A stretch of 63,068 nucleotides of DNA, the filler included, from Hausera hauseri (lineage: Eukaryota): the NCBI GenBank assembly GCA_046269625.1. It is 11 parts of 11 records of this genome, joined end to end, with 100 filler letters (N's around TTAATTAATTAA, not from the genome) between each part and the next. Parts side by side here need not be neighbours in the genome. Positions count along the whole stretch, not along the records: positions 47,166 to 53,298 come from JBJURY010135762.1; positions 53,399 to 58,617 come from JBJURY010304833.1; positions 58,718 to 63,068 come from JBJURY010622443.1; 8 more parts are not named here. One strand, given 5' to 3'. Positions 49,148-63,060 of the stretch are shown in pieces. The translations under genes were made by a program, and so were the position numbers. The notes under the pieces were generated by a model. That model saw nothing but the letters and a program-made list of their open reading frames with translations, was not told the DNA's origin and made no database searches. How positions within the stretch are numbered: position 1 is the stretch's first letter; each line of letters begins with the position of its first letter.

Positions 49148-49660
49148 ATGGCGAATTTTTTATTTGTGCTCCTCAAATAATTGATTTGTTTAGATTTGCA
49201 ACGTCTACAAATTTTGCATGGCGCAGAAACATGCGGAGCAGAATTGCCACAGTGTGATGCAGCATTATTTTGGATACCAATACAACAGGATTCAATACTG
49301 TGCGTCCTGCATGCGAGGTAGTGTGCCGGATCGGTTAATAGGAATTTTACAACCAGCATAAACAGCATCTGGATTAATTCACAAAATCGAAGAAAGAAAT
49401 ATTCAACAGTAATATGACAATGGCAGAAAGTGTCCCAAAAGCAATTCAGATGTGCGGTTCGTATGCTTATTGCACATCCAAAGCACATAATCTGGAACAG
49501 TGCCATGAAACAATGTAGCGGTATTATGGATACAAATCCAAAAGGATCCAATATTATACATGTCCAGGATGCGAGACTGTATGCGGTGCGGATTACATAT
49601 AGTTCTATTATGATCACAAACATCATTTAAGTCATTTCGCATCAAAGTCCAAGAAGACTA
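49148..49660 (+). pseudogene. Tandem Cys/His domain at the 5' end of pPolB, putative intron 49151-49193
   Basis: ATG|GCGAAT..TTTAG|ICNVYKFCMAQKHAEQNCH...PACEVV...FYNQHKQHL; CGSYAYCTSKAHNLEQCH...CPGCETV...FYYDHKHHL. Confidence 0.78.
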
Positions 49661-49839
49661 TCTTCAATACACAACATAATCTTGATGCATCTGTTTCGCA
49701 GTATGATGTTTCGCATTATACTGCTGGATCTGTTGCAGCAGCTGTGAAGCATATTAGAGAATTGAAACTCGCAGCCGCATCAGGCACAGCCACATCAGGC
49801 GCAGCCACATTAGATGCAGCAGCTCCAACAAAATGTTAA

Positions 49840-52800
49840 AGACAGTGGCCAGTTGATACGGCAGCATTAAAGAGAAAATGCCTCAGCTATGTTATTATTG
49901 CAACTGGCGAAACAACGCTCCATGAGTTCCTGGAATATACAAATGACGAAACAGAGGGAATTCTCCAGGACTACATGGCTGAGCTCAAATCCCTTAAAGT
50001 GAATATGAAACTGGATGCCACATACATGAATGTTAATGGCGGAGAATCCAATAGGGCCTTCAAGACCAAAAATGGACCCATATTGGAAAATACAAATATA
50101 GCATAATGGCTGCAAGAGGAGCACGAGAAGCTGATCCGTAAAGCCGGAGAGAGACAGGAGAAGAAGAGCGGATGGACTGTGGCAACCATCAAAAGATTGA
50201 TTGTGTATGTTCATAAGTACTCTCCCATGGGGCACAGTTCATATATTTGGCTACTTGATTAGATCGCTAATAAAAAAGCATTTGTCAATGTCCATAATAA
50301 CGACAACATGTGTTTCATGTATGCCATTGTATCAAAACTCGTACGAGATTAAAATAATGCTTTATGTGCATCACAACTATGACTTCCAATGTATTAAGTT
50401 CCTGCCATCTATAAATGAAGTCAAGACGTTCAGATCAACAATTTTTCCATCAATATCATTGGATTGGATGATGAGGACAAATTCTATGCCTTGCAAAAAT
50501 GCGATGTTGAATTGGAAGATCATATGGATCTGCTCCTACTAGACGATGGAGAAAAGAAACTTTACGTTTGGATCAAGAACTTTGAGCAGCTAATCAGATC
50601 CCAAATTACGAATCATCATGAAAAAATAGAAATATGTAAACGATGCTTTTCCCATTTCAGTGGTGATACAGCAGTGGAAAAGCTTGCAGAGGACAAAATG
50701 TATTGCAACAACAATTACTGCGTAAGGCCAGAATTTCCCAAGGAGGACTATATTGAATTCAAGGAGTTCGAGAAGATCAAGGTGCCCATAGTTCCTATTG
50801 CGACTTTGAAGCTATTTTCCGTCCACCCCATAGCTGCACTTCCAGTCCTCAACATAGCAGTACAACGGCATACCAATATCATGAATTCTCATATTGTATG
50901 GATGCCAAAGTACTGGACAGTGAATTATTTCTATTCAGAGGGTCAGACGCAGCAGCACATTTATGAAGAGATTAGAAGACATAGCTCATAGGCTTGATAA
51001 CATGCTTCAACAGCATAAGGATAATATGAGCATGTCGTGGAAACAAGCTGAAGAATGGCGCAAGGCAACAACATGTTACTTGTGCGACAAGTCCTTCACC
51101 AAGGAAAATCATAAAGTCAGGGATCATTGCCATTTTACAGGCACATATCGAGGAGCAGCATGCAACAACTGCCATCTACGCTGCAAAACATGCACATATG
51201 TGCCTGTAATGTTCCATAATCTCAGTGGCTATGATTCACATTTCATTGTTTGGTAACTGGGCAGTATTGAAGGAAACATTGAGGTGATCCCCAACAGTGA
51301 GAAGAAGTATATCACATTTACGAAACATGTTGGGAATATCAGGCTTCGCTTCATACACAGCTTTCGTTTCATGCCGTCTGCACTTGACAGTTTAGTGAAG
51401 AGCTTCCCAGCAGAGCTCAAGGAGACGAAGCGGTTCTTCCCCACTGCATTTGATCTCGTCAAGAGGAGAGGCGTGTTTCCTTATGATTACATAACTTCAT
51501 GGAAACACTGGATGAGGCCTAATTGCCGGCCACGAAGGACTTTTACAATATCCTCTCTGATTGCGATATCAGTGATGAGGGCTACCAGCATGCTCAAAAT
51601 GTCTGGCATGCATTCCAATCCCGAACATTAGGAGAATACAGCGATATTTACATCAAGACGGATGTTTTGCTGCTGACGGATGTCTTTGAGAGCTTCAGGT
51701 ATGTTACGATGAAGAGCCATGCTTTGGATCCGGCTCATTTCTTTACGACTCCAGGGACGAGTTGGGCAGCTATTCTAAGATACACCGGTATTAGGCTGCA
51801 GATCATAAAGGATTACGACATGATCCTTATGATTGAGAGAGGCATTATAGGCGGAATATGCCAGGCCATTCACCGGTATAGCGAATACAACAACAAGTAT
51901 ATAGCCCAGTATGATCCATCCTAGGAATCATCGTATATGTCATACCTGAATGCCAGCAACCCATATGTATGGGCAATGAGCGCCCCATTGCCGTATGGTA
52001 ACTTCAAATGGGTCGATCATCCTGAAAACATCCCTATTCTGGACCTGGATCCCAGTGGAGATGCGGTATACATACTGGAGGTAGATAAGGAATATCCGGC
52101 TTCTATTCACACAATGCATCAACAGCTGCCTTTCCTCCCTGAGAGCAAGCCTCCGCCCTATGAAAAGCAAAGAAAGCTGCTCTGCCATCTGGATAGTAGG
52201 CCGAGGTATGTAATCCACTACATAAATCTCCAGCAGGCGGTCAGAAATGAACTCCGCATTACTGAGATCCATCGGGTCCTGCAGTTCAGCCAGTCCAACT
52301 GGCTGCAGCTATATATAGACCTCAATACGAAACTGCGGATCAATGCCAAGAACAACTTTGAGAAGGATCAGTTCAAGCTTTACAGCAACAGCGTTTTTGG
52401 CAAGACCATGGAAAATATCAGCAACAGGATCAACATCGAACTGGTCTCTGAGTGGAAGCTGGCAAAGAAGCTCATTGTTAAGCCCAACTCCCACAGCAGC
52501 ACCATATATGCGGAGAACTTGGTGAGCATCCATATGCTCAAAACATTCTTGCAATTCAACAAGCCCATATATGTGGGTATTGCAATACTGGACCTGTCAA
52601 AGACCTTGATGTACAAATTCCAATATGACATCATGGTCCCCACATTTAAGTTTATACAGCTGATGTATATGGATACTGATAGTTTCATCTATCAGATCCA
52701 TACAGAGGACATCAATGAGGACTTTGCTAAGTTGGCTCAGCATATGGATACGTCTGACTATCCGAAGCAGCATCCCAACTATTCAATTATCAAGAAAAAG

Positions 52801-53085
52801 GACCTCGGGAAATTCAAAGACGAGGTGAATGGAGCATTCATCTCGAGATTCGTGGCTCTTAGGTCCAAAATACATGCGATTCATGTATGTGGTCAAGTAA
52901 AGAAGCGGACTGAAGGGGTTGAAAGAGCAACCTTTGCCAAGAAGATTGGCTTCGATGACTATGTGAGAGTTCTGCATCAGCAAACTCATATGATATCAGA
53001 GATGCGAAGGATCCAGTCTAGGGCTCATACCATTGAGATAGTAACATTACAGAAGAAAAGCCTAGATTGAATGGGTGACAAAAGG
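49840..53085 (+). mobile_element. Degenerate protein-primed DNA polymerase B (Polinton/adintovirus type) with endonuclease-VII-like insert
   Basis: SGW; VRDHCHFTGTYRGAAC; FHNLSGYD; GVFPYD; YIKTDVLLL; KLYSNSVFGKTMEN; YMDTDS 52666; LGKFKDE. Confidence 0.93.
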
Positions 53086-53398
53086 GTGATGGAATAAGCA
53101 CACTACCTCACGGGCATGTTACATTAATGTAAATATCTTTGTTATGATGTGTTGTATTTTTGTATTTGTGAGGAGGAATTTAAACGAATATTAATGTTTA
53201 AATTCAATTCAAAGTTAAATTAATAAACAGCCAATATAAAGTCAGGAAATTCAAAAAAGGATGAAAAGAAGAATCATTTAATGAGTGAAGGAGATAATNN
53301 NNNNNNNNNNNNNNNNNNNNNNNNNNNNNNNNNNNNNNNNNNTTAATTAATTAANNNNNNNNNNNNNNNNNNNNNNNNNNNNNNNNNNNNNNNNNNNN

Positions 53399-56184
53399 TC
53401 CGAGAAATACGGCTTCAGTTTTAAAAAATGAACATTTGTTTATGTTCAACTGTAGGTTGTTTGCATTCAACCTATAAAACACATGTTCGAGATGTGTTTT
53501 GTGAGTCGCTTCATCGGGTGATGCAATCAATATGTCATCTATATATGAGATTGCATAAGGCATGTTGATGAGGACTTGGCCTATGTGGCATTGGAATGTT
53601 TGACTTCCATTCCGCAAGCCGAAAGGCGTGCGTAGATACTCGAACAAAGCAAAAGGTTTTATTACGGCCGTTTTTGGAATGTCTTCGGTAGCCACTAGGA
53701 TCTGACGGTATTCACTTTCCAGATCGATTGTGCTGAATATTGCTGCACCATGTAGGCGATGCAATATGCCTGTTACCAACGGTGTTAAGTATGAATCGTG
53801 GATGGTGACGTTATTCAACATTCTATAGTCACCACAAGGCCGGTATGATCCGTCCTTTTTGAGAACCATGTGCAATGGTGATGCCCACGGTGATGTAGAG
53901 CGGCGTATAATGCCTGTTTCTTCAACGTCTCGGAATTCGGCTTCCGCTGCTGCTCGCTTGACAGGGTCAAGCTTCCTACGGGGTTGCCGAATCAGTCGGT
54001 CACATGATGTAACGAGAAAGTGTAATGTTTTCATCTCTTCCTGGGTTGGTTGTGCTGAGCGTTTTAACAGGTTAGGGTATTGTGCTTGCAACAATGGAGC
54101 GATGTCAATGGGATTTGCGATTTTGATGCCCGTGACAGCGTTTATAGTTAGTGTAAATGTTGGTAGAGGTAAAGGATTGCTCCCGCTGGTGAGTTGTTGA
54201 TTTCGGCAATCAACGGTGAGATTGTATTGATCTAGGAAGTCAAAATCAAGGATTGATTGCATGACATCGGCCAATATGAATGACCAAGCGTATGGTCGGC
54301 CTTCTAGGTAAAATTGTAGGTACAGTGTACCTGTGGTTGCTATGCGCATGCCATTGGCAGCTTTGAGCGATGCATGCCAGACCAACGTAGGTCTAGCGTA
54401 TACGCTAGGCATCAACTATAAAGCTGCACCAGTGTCGATTAGAAAATAGAGTTGTTTTGCGATGTCAAAGTGTGGAGTTTCTCCGCCTCGAGGGTTAAAT
54501 AGCATCGATAATGCGTTCGCTATTTGTATACGGCAGTTGTGGTGATTGGGTTTCCAGTCGACGTGCCGCTGGTCGTCTGGACCCATTTAGTTTTTTGATA
54601 GCTTGTGAAATTTGCAGCCGGGTCGAAAATTTTTGCGACTGGACCGAAATGATTGTGATAAAGCAAGTGTCTTGCATTTTTATTTTTGCGGATGGCTTGT
54701 CGAATTGACAACCATAGTAATATTTGTAGGCGGATTCGCCAAATCGTGTGTGGAAATGGCAAATTTTGGAAAATTTGCCTTTCTTTCTCTTGGGTGATTG
54801 GCGCCGAGATGACGGTTTGTCCCTGGCTGGCAGATTCTTGTGCATTACAAGTGCTTGCAGTACGGCAATAATTGTGTCCAGCTGACTTTGCTACGTCGCT
54901 GTGATGGAGTTGAAGTTTTCCGCTAGTGCGGATTCTACAGGGCCTTTAGTGCATTCATATATTTTGTCGGTTTTTGATGCTATATCCTCCAAAGTGGTAT
55001 CGGACAGTAATAGCACAAGTGCCGCTTGAATTTGGTTGGGCAAACTACTCAGAAAGTAGCGCCGTAGTATGTGCTGGTTGCTGTGGAGGTCCAGATCAGC
55101 ATTGCTCAAATCTGAGCGTAACTTTTGAAGCAAGGCAGAAAGTTTCATATTCCCTCTCTGTCGCTTGGTTGAACTGGTCCTGTTGGGATGGCAGGTATGT
55201 TTAGCATATGGTTGTTTTGAATTTGTCAAACGGCTTTTCATCTGACAGTAACGTGTCCAGATTCGTTATTGCTGCGAGCGTTGTTGGCTGCATGTATTGT
55301 ATTAGTGTTAAGGCCTTGTTTAGTTGGCCGGTGATGCTGCATTGAGTGGCCCATGTTTCAAACACATGGAACCACTTCAATGGAGTTTCGTTCAAACCTA
55401 TGAAGAAGGTTGGACATGCTAATTTTGGAGGTTTTGCCGATGCTGATGATGCAGTTTCGGCATTTTTGTCAACCGTGTGAGTGTCGACGCCTCCTTTTAG
55501 TCTGGAAGTAGCAAGCAATGTCGCTTTGTTTGTAGGGAAATGATCCGAAATTGGATTATCCCATAGACGCAAAATTTTCGCGTTGTGTGAAAAAATGTGG
55601 TCCAGATATGAAATGGCGAGCTGTTGTAGCATTGCCTTAACAGACATGTGCGTCAAGAAACGATACGCTTTCGTGTTTCGTAATTCGAGTATGAATAATT
55701 GCATCACTTGCGGTTTTGTTTTGTCATCAGAATTGTGTGCCGATTTGACTATGTTGCCGCGTGAAACCTGGCTTGGATATTCAGGCTTCGACTTTTGTTC
55801 AGTACCACTCGTTGTGATTGCCTGAATGATAGCCGCGCTGAAGATATTGTCAGCGGGTGTTGTGTGATCACGTTTGGTGTGTGAGTGTAGCCGGATTGGT
55901 TTCGACGGCATTACGCTAAATTTTAGCCGGACTGTTATCAACTGCTGTGTGAAGTTTGAGCCGGATTGATTTTAACGGCTGAGTTTGTATTGAAATACGT
56001 GAATGCGGTAACCGCTGCCACCATTTTAATTGTCTTGCATATGCTCATAAAATAACTCTGTGCAGTCTTGCATATTAACCTGCATAAGCCGTGGTATAAA
56101 ACGACGGAGAATAAAGAAAGGAGGAAAAACAACATCCACAAATTACATTGTAAACGTTTATTTAAACCAATTGTGTCGTCCACA
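53399..56184 (-). mobile_element. CsRn1-like Ty3/gypsy gag-PR-RT, degenerate; 5' boundary approximate
   Basis: CHCC-type knuckle ICHFHTRFGESA; FLIDTGA; SPWASPLHMV.KKDGSYRPCGDYR; PFGLRN; YIDDILIAS. Confidence 0.9.
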
Positions 56185-57169
56185 CAGACGTACGAATCCT
56201 CGGTTGAGAAAAGTGTCGGGCTAATCCTCGGGTTTCGGCGCGGACGAGTCGGACCGTCGTCCGAACTGGTTTTAGTGGATATTTGGCCAAGTCTTGGCGG
56301 TTCCAACCGGCGTCGACGGCGTTAATTGAGCATTTCTCCCGGGTTTGAGTTCACTGTCCTGATCAGTCACTTGCTAGCGGTCCGAAGGGTAAGAATCAAC
56401 TGGTTCTCCGATGGAACCAGCGACTTCAATAACCGATCGGTAGCCGCCATCAGTCTTATAAAGACTGGTAAAAGGGTAGAAGAATCGAGCAACCGTCGGT
56501 AATTTCCATCGAGGCGGTACGCTCGTCGATTTCGTTCACCTCTCCGGCGTATGCTGGCTGGGGTACCTTGGGAATGCAGTACCCCGTAAACGTAATGGTC
56601 TTCTTTTCGCTTGCCGTGGTGTGAGGTCGGCCTGGTTCACTGACTGGGCGGGCCCTCGTGGCTTTTCGGACAATGGGCTCGCCGGTTTTGAAGTTCGGGT
56701 GGTTCTCGTCTCAGTGCCGTTTATGTTTTTCCATTTGATCATCTCCACGGAATTTTTGAACTTTGGACACAACTTCGTCGGGTTTATCCATCCTGGTTGC
56801 TGACATCTGACCCTTTCCGTGAGTTTTCATTGCTTCTGGCATTTTGAATTTTTTGATTCCTTGTTTTGTTTTCTTTTTGAATATTTTTCTGTTTTTCAAA
56901 ACTGTGGATTCAAACAAATGAATTTGAATCTACAGATTTTGTTTGTTAATTAATAGTTTTGTGTAGGAATTTTTATGCTTGACGAATCCGTGATTTTGTT
57001 AATTTTGTTTTTGATATATTGGATTTTGTATTTTTGTGTTTGCTTGGGATGAATCCGTGATTTTGTTACTATTATTTGGAATGTTTAAAATTTTAAGGGG
57101 AATAAATTTTTAAATTCGTGATTTATTTATTTTTCGTACTTATTTTTTGTTTGTAAAGCAAAGCTTTAC

Positions 57170-58617
57170 ACAATCTATGTGCGCTTAAAGATTTATCGAT
57201 TTCAGTGTGCTTCGCCTTCAATTACACCGTGTAATATAGGTCAATTAATTAAAACAAGCTCCGTTGAATTGCATAATATTTATTACATAATTTAAACATT
57301 TTGACAAACTTCGATTTAATCGACAACGGTTCACCGCGTCAATTTCGATTTCCTTATAGGTTTTCACATATGGAGAATCGAATTCCCTCATCTGATTCTT
57401 CAAATAACTCATGCTTGATGGAGTTTTCAAGTTCGAATTGATAATTAGTCGATTTCGAATAATGTATTCGAATATCTGACATCGGATTCATAATCGTCAC
57501 ATATACATTCCTATCTGTGTATGCTTAAAGCTTCATCGATTTTAGGGTGCTTCACCTTCAAATTAACCTCAATTGCTTAATCAGTGTAAGAATTACCTAG
57601 CATTTATTAAGTACTTTTACCATATTGGAAAACCTTGTTTTTATATACCACAATGCATTGAACCGCACTAATATTAATTGCCCTGTAGGTTTTCGACCAT
57701 GGGGAATCGAATGGCCTCATTATGGTCTTCGAATAATGCATGTTTGACAGAGTTTTCAAGTTCGAATAGCTAAGTATTCGACTAGTGAGCTCGAATTCAA
57801 ATATCTGGTGCTATATTCCGATTCGGCATATATGATTTCCTATCTGTGCCCGCTATTAGATTTATTCATATCCGCTTTGCTGAGCTTTAAATGCACATTT
57901 TGCTTAATTCGAAATATTGATTTTGTGTCTATATAGTACAATTTCATGGAACAACTTTTATGTATGCGGGGTTTTCATATATGAAAAATCGATTGTCGCT
58001 GTTACATTTTTCGAATAGTTCAATATTTGATATTCGAGCCAAAAAATATTCGAATTTCAAATATTTGATTTGAGATTCAAGATCACAGTAGCGGATTTCC
58101 TATCTGTACCCGCTAATTATAATATCGAATTTTGACTCTTTCGGACCTAAAAAATCTATTGCTAGTCTGCCTCAGTTGCATTTTGGATTGATATTATTCG
58201 AAATCGACTTGATAAATTTAAATTCTAACTGCACATTCATGTACTGCACCAGGTTCGTGTTTGAATGCACCGGTCACATGTCCTAATCATCAATCTTGGA
58301 AATATCGGTAAAAAGATATTACTGATTTTTGCACACTTGCACATGTGCCTTTGCAATGCACAGGATATATCAAGTTGCATCTCAATGTTCTCTATCTACC
58401 TGCACTTGACCGCGATCGATTCCATTAATCCTACGCTGCACAGTGACCAAAATGTGAAAAGTGAAAAGTGCCATGGCAACCGTATCTAAGAGCACCTCCA
58501 CCTTGGGAGTAGGGGGAAAATGGCGGTTCTGCCCCACCCCGGGGGGGGGGGTAATCGATAAATCGATTTTGCACATGTGCCAATCGATAGTGCACATTGT
58601 GCACTATCGATCCATAA
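57170..58617 (-). repeat. Complex repeat family, inverted copy then start of a forward copy at ~58508
   Basis: 58200-58310 is the reverse complement of ~47290-47410; 58536-58617 matches 47168-47250 directly. Confidence 0.85.
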
Positions 58618-58717
58618 NNNNNNNNNNNNNNNNNNNNNNNNNNNNNNNNNNNNNNNNNNNNTTAATTAATTAANNNNNNNNNNNNNNNNNNNNNNNNNNN
58701 NNNNNNNNNNNNNNNNN

Positions 58718-59908
58718 TTTGTAGGTTTATCGATTTCCGCTTTACTGAGCTTTAAATGCACATTTTGCTTAATTCGAAATACTGATTTTATATCTATATA
58801 GTACATTTTCATGGAATAATTTGTATGTATGAGGGGTTTTCATATATGAGGAATAGATTGCCGTTGTTAGATTTTTCGAATAGTTCGAACTTTGATTTTC
58901 GAGCTCGAAAATATTTGAATTTCCATTATCTGACTCGAGATTCGTTATCGCCATGGTCGATTTCTTATCTGTCCCCGCTAATTATAATATCGAATTTTGA
59001 GTGCTAGGGGCAAATAAAACCTATGGGCATTCGCCCTCAGTTGCACTTTGGATCGATATTATTCGAAAACTAGTCGATAAAATTAAATTCTGACTGCACA
59101 TTCATATACTGCACCATGTGTGTGTTCAAATGTACCCGGTCACATGTCCTAATCATTAATATTGGAAATATCGGAAAACCACTATTATTGATTTTTGCAC
59201 ACTTGCACATGTTGTGCACCTCCACCGGAGAAATCAAGATGCATTTCGATGCGCTCTATCTATTTGCACTTGATCCCAATTAATTCCATCAATCCTACGC
59301 TGCACAGTGACAAATATGTGAAAAGTGAAAAAGTGTCTTAGCAACCGTATCCAAGAGCACACTTGACTCGAGTATTTCACTGAACGTTAGTACGTCAAGT
59401 ACTCTACCCGCAAGTATATGTACCATATTGATATTATTGATTTTCATTTTATAGCGGAAAGGCCTATGGGCATTCTGTCCCAGTTGGCAATTATTCGAAA
59501 ACCAATCAATATATTTAAATTCTAAGTGCACATTCACAAAGTGAATAATATGTGCTTTCGATTTCACCCGGTGCCGGGGGCTAATCATCAATATTGGAAT
59601 TATCGGAAATCCGATATTTTTGATTTTTGCACACTTGTACATGTGTTGTGCACCTGCACGGTGCACTAATCGATGTGCACTAATGTGTATTATCGATTAG
59701 CACCTTGTCCCGATCGATTCGATTAATTGTGCGATTGGCAGCGATCGATTTGTCAAATGTCCATTGCAACGGTGCCCACAGGCACCGTTGCCTAGCACAC
59801 TACAGATGAATAGTGCACCATGTGTACTATCGATTGGCAAATGTGCAAAATTGATTTATCGCTTACCCCCTCCCCCGGTGGGACAGACTTCCCATTTTTA
59901 CCCTAGTG
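58718..59908 (-). repeat. Complex repeat family, inverted copy ending at CCCTAGTG
   Basis: 58730-59350 parallels 57860-58495; 59760-59900 is the reverse complement of 47166-47290 and 58508-58617. Confidence 0.85.
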
Positions 59909-60025
59909 ACATCATTTATTATCAACTTTTAACTTTATACACTACATTCATTCATTCATTCATGGAGTTATACATAAAACACGATAAAACGCGGTTTTTA
60001 ACATTAAAACGCCGTATAAATGGAT

Positions 60026-61668
60026 TTACCTAGAATGCAGGTATGGGTCATTTTCGACCCATAGTTAAAAAGACTGTTTAATGATCATTCGTTTGATGAT
60101 ATTTTAATATAGCTTCAGAAGAATTATTCAAATCAGTCACTACACACAACAATCACTGTCTTTCCACTTGTGTGTACACCACAGCAGTGTCCTCCACAGT
60201 GACGACAGGCTGATGACGTCTTGCTATTGCACTCACCCATGTTACAGCGACGTCGTTTGACGGCAGTGAGCTTTGTTTCTATCAGCAAACCAACTTGCTG
60301 CTGCTGGCTGAGCTACTTTGCTTTGAACGGGCTTATGGAAAGCAGCTACTCAATGAATTGGAGAATGAACTTGTGACGCGAGATATTCGAAAAGGTGGCT
60401 TGCTTGTACAGTATCCAACTGTTTATAGCAGCGTTGTCCAAAATATTGAAAATGACGTATAACGGCCAGCGACGTGAGGCACACCTGGTAGAATTATTGC
60501 GTGCTATGGCGTCGAAGCAGTCGACGCCAAATTTGGTGAGGTTGTACGCTTCTATAGCATTAAGCTTTTCTTAGATAAATCCGGTTGGGAAATGGTTGAA
60601 TGCGTGTGATAGGATAAGAGAAGGGAGATCACTTTGCTCTTCTTCGCTTTGTACAGCGTCAAGGAAACTGTAGTGTCTGTAGTTTTATAGAAGGATGAGG
60701 AGAACCTTGGTTCCGCTTTCAGGATGGCGTTGACGTTTAGTAGTTTACGCTTGTTGTGACGAATTGCCCAAGATAACTGATTTTCTTATCTACAAGATAG
60801 CGCATTAATCTCAACGACGTAAAGAAGTTATCTCCAGTAATGTTGTATTATCTTCCCTCGAATGACAAAATCAACTTCTTCACAAGTTAAAGAGCGAGAG
60901 ATTCATCTTCAGGTCAATCTTCCAATTTCCCTAAGTATGGGATGTCTTTGCAGATATATTTCGTCTTCGGGTCAACAATATGGTAGAACAGAAGCCCAAA
61001 TTTGTCTGGCTTGTTTGCGACGTATTGTATAAATTTGCAGAGTTTGCATGGCATCAGTTTCTCATCAACAGTCAGTTCTGCAAAAGGATTAAAATACTTG
61101 ACACAATTGTTCATGAAAGGCATCCAGATTTCAGAAGCAAGCGAGAATTTGGAGCGCTGCAGTCGTTTACTTTATTTGAGTTTTTTATCGAATCGCATAT
61201 ACCGCATGATGTGGTGGAACCTATCTCGAGCCATGGATTGAGCAAATACAGGCGGCGACCATTTACTATTACACAGTAGCCTTACAGACGACTTCGGAGA
61301 TCCATGTAGCCCTTTAGCGTAACGAAGTGCGAACGTTGTTTCCAAATCATCTATGCCAACTGTACATTCGGTGTTTCCTCGTTGTCTTGAAGCTTCCGCG
61401 TTGGTGTGTGATTAAGTGTTATTAACTCCAAAGATTTCGTATGTTCATCCGTAACATCATCACTAGGTTTAGATATCGCATCGACCGAAATCTCTTCTCC
61501 ATAAATATCTCGTTCCATTTTGTTAAATTCATGAAGATCTGAGTCGGAAAATGATAACTGTGTAATTTCATCTTCAATTGAATTGAGCGAGGCATTGTTT
61601 GAATGATCATTTTCGTCATTATTTAAATCTATATCCACTTTATCAAAATCCGTGAATTGGAAAGCCAT
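60026..61668 (-). mobile_element. piggyBac transposase remnant with TIR-like end
   Basis: Acidic N-terminus; LTVDEKL; FIQYVANKPDKFG; YNLTKFGVD; RRWPL; terminal cctag...gggtcattttcgaccc at ~60029-60060. Confidence 0.85.
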
Positions 61669-62024
61669 GGAATTTCATATGAAACAATATGAATATAAAG
61701 AAATTGTTGTACAAGGCAAATTTATAAAAGAACTTAAATAACTTTAAAAAAATCAAACTCCGCCAAAAAAGTGGTATTTATTTACACAGTTATTTTTTTA
61801 CAAATTCAACATGCAGGTCACCAATTTGGTAAATGTGGGCACTACACATCCCCCTTTGCAAAGTCAGTTTTGCCAGGCGGGACCCAACGTGCGTCTTCTG
61901 ATCACCAACACGTCTGTGGATTGTAACCGAGAAGCATTATGTTCGGCATGGATTGTTCTACTTCACTATTGTGGGATGAAGCAATGTTGGCGAAGCCGGC
62001 ACTGGCAACGCAGCATTTTTCGTC

Positions 62025-62252
62025 ACCGCCACGCGACGCGATAGACATAGCTAAAAACAGTGCACAGTCCTTTTCCTTCCAACTGACCCGGAGATTTCGT
62101 GAAGAACGATTTAATGAGCTCTGGATATGGGCCGTAGAATGTTCGACAATTTCTCCTTGGATGAGATTAAAAAGTGTTTTGATCAAATCGCATGCCGATT
62201 TCTGACGAATGTGTACATTGGATCCTTCGATATCTTGATGAATATAATCTGC
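62025..62252 (-). pseudogene. CSE1L: Exportin-2 internal fragment
   Basis: DYIHQDIEGSNVHIRQKSACDLIKTL...SWKEKDCALFLAMSIASRG resembles YIRRDLEGSD..TRRRAACDLVRGL...NWKHKDAAIYL. Confidence 0.78.
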
Positions 62253-62884
62253 TGAGAAAGTGCGATGAGAATAGTTTGAACAATTATCGGTTTTTAACAT
62301 TTTATTCGGTGGCCGATCGAACGACGAATCGCTACCATCACCATCGGATTTACTAAAACTTTTGTGAGATTTGTAAGAAGGCAGATCGTTTGTGCTATGA
62401 AATTTGTGAAAGAGACCTGCTTGTGTAAGTTGTGATGATTTGCATTTCTGAGAATCATTCAAATCGAGGTAAGCAGCACCGCAACTTTCTGATGTATTGA
62501 CTGTCTCGTCGATGGATAAATGGAGTAACTACTGGATTTCGCCGTGATGGAGATATGGAATATAAAACTCCAACTGTTGTTCTTCGACTGTGAGACAACC
62601 ATTTCTACTGGGTTAACTGGTTGATGGAAAACGGTTGATCTTGATGGATCCGTGACCGTTATGCAATATTGAGTATCTTCTCGCTGTATAGCGACTGCAT
62701 ACAGGTGGAGGTTTCTGACACCAGCGTGGTTGGCTGATGTGTTTACCTTCTGTTGTGAATAGGTATGATCTAAGTCTACGATGGTTCTTATACCACCGAG
62801 GGAATGCTTTGGTGATATTGACCTATTGCCGCTTGTCGGTGTACCTGATGAGGATATGCCACAATTATCAACGCCAAAATTCGG

Positions 62885-63060
62885 ATCGTCGCACGGCTTA
62901 ACACCGATCATGAGGTTACCGTTCAACATATATACGTTACGCGATTGAGCAAAGATGGCGTGCATTCAATCTCTAAATTGAAGATTCATCCACTTGCCAC
63001 TTTGGATATATATTTCTTTTGAATAACACCAATTTCCGAAAGGTATGATAAAACCAATTT
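62885..63060 (-). pseudogene. NUP35: Nucleoporin Nup35/Nup53 RRM fragment, disrupted
   Basis: SGKWMNLQFRD*MHA.....N...LNGNLMIGVKPC; TGA at 62968 and an upstream frameshift. Confidence 0.72.

Noticed and set aside
49018-49626. 202-aa Cys-rich hydrophobic minus-strand ORF
   Set aside because: Shadow of the plus-strand tandem Cys/His domain, which is the conserved reading
56185-56920. GC-richer coding-like stretch
   Set aside because: No recognisable motif; probably another decayed element
61840-61960. AAA/RFC Walker-A-like fragment (MPNIMLLG ... PPGKT..AKG)
   Set aside because: Too short and broken to support a call
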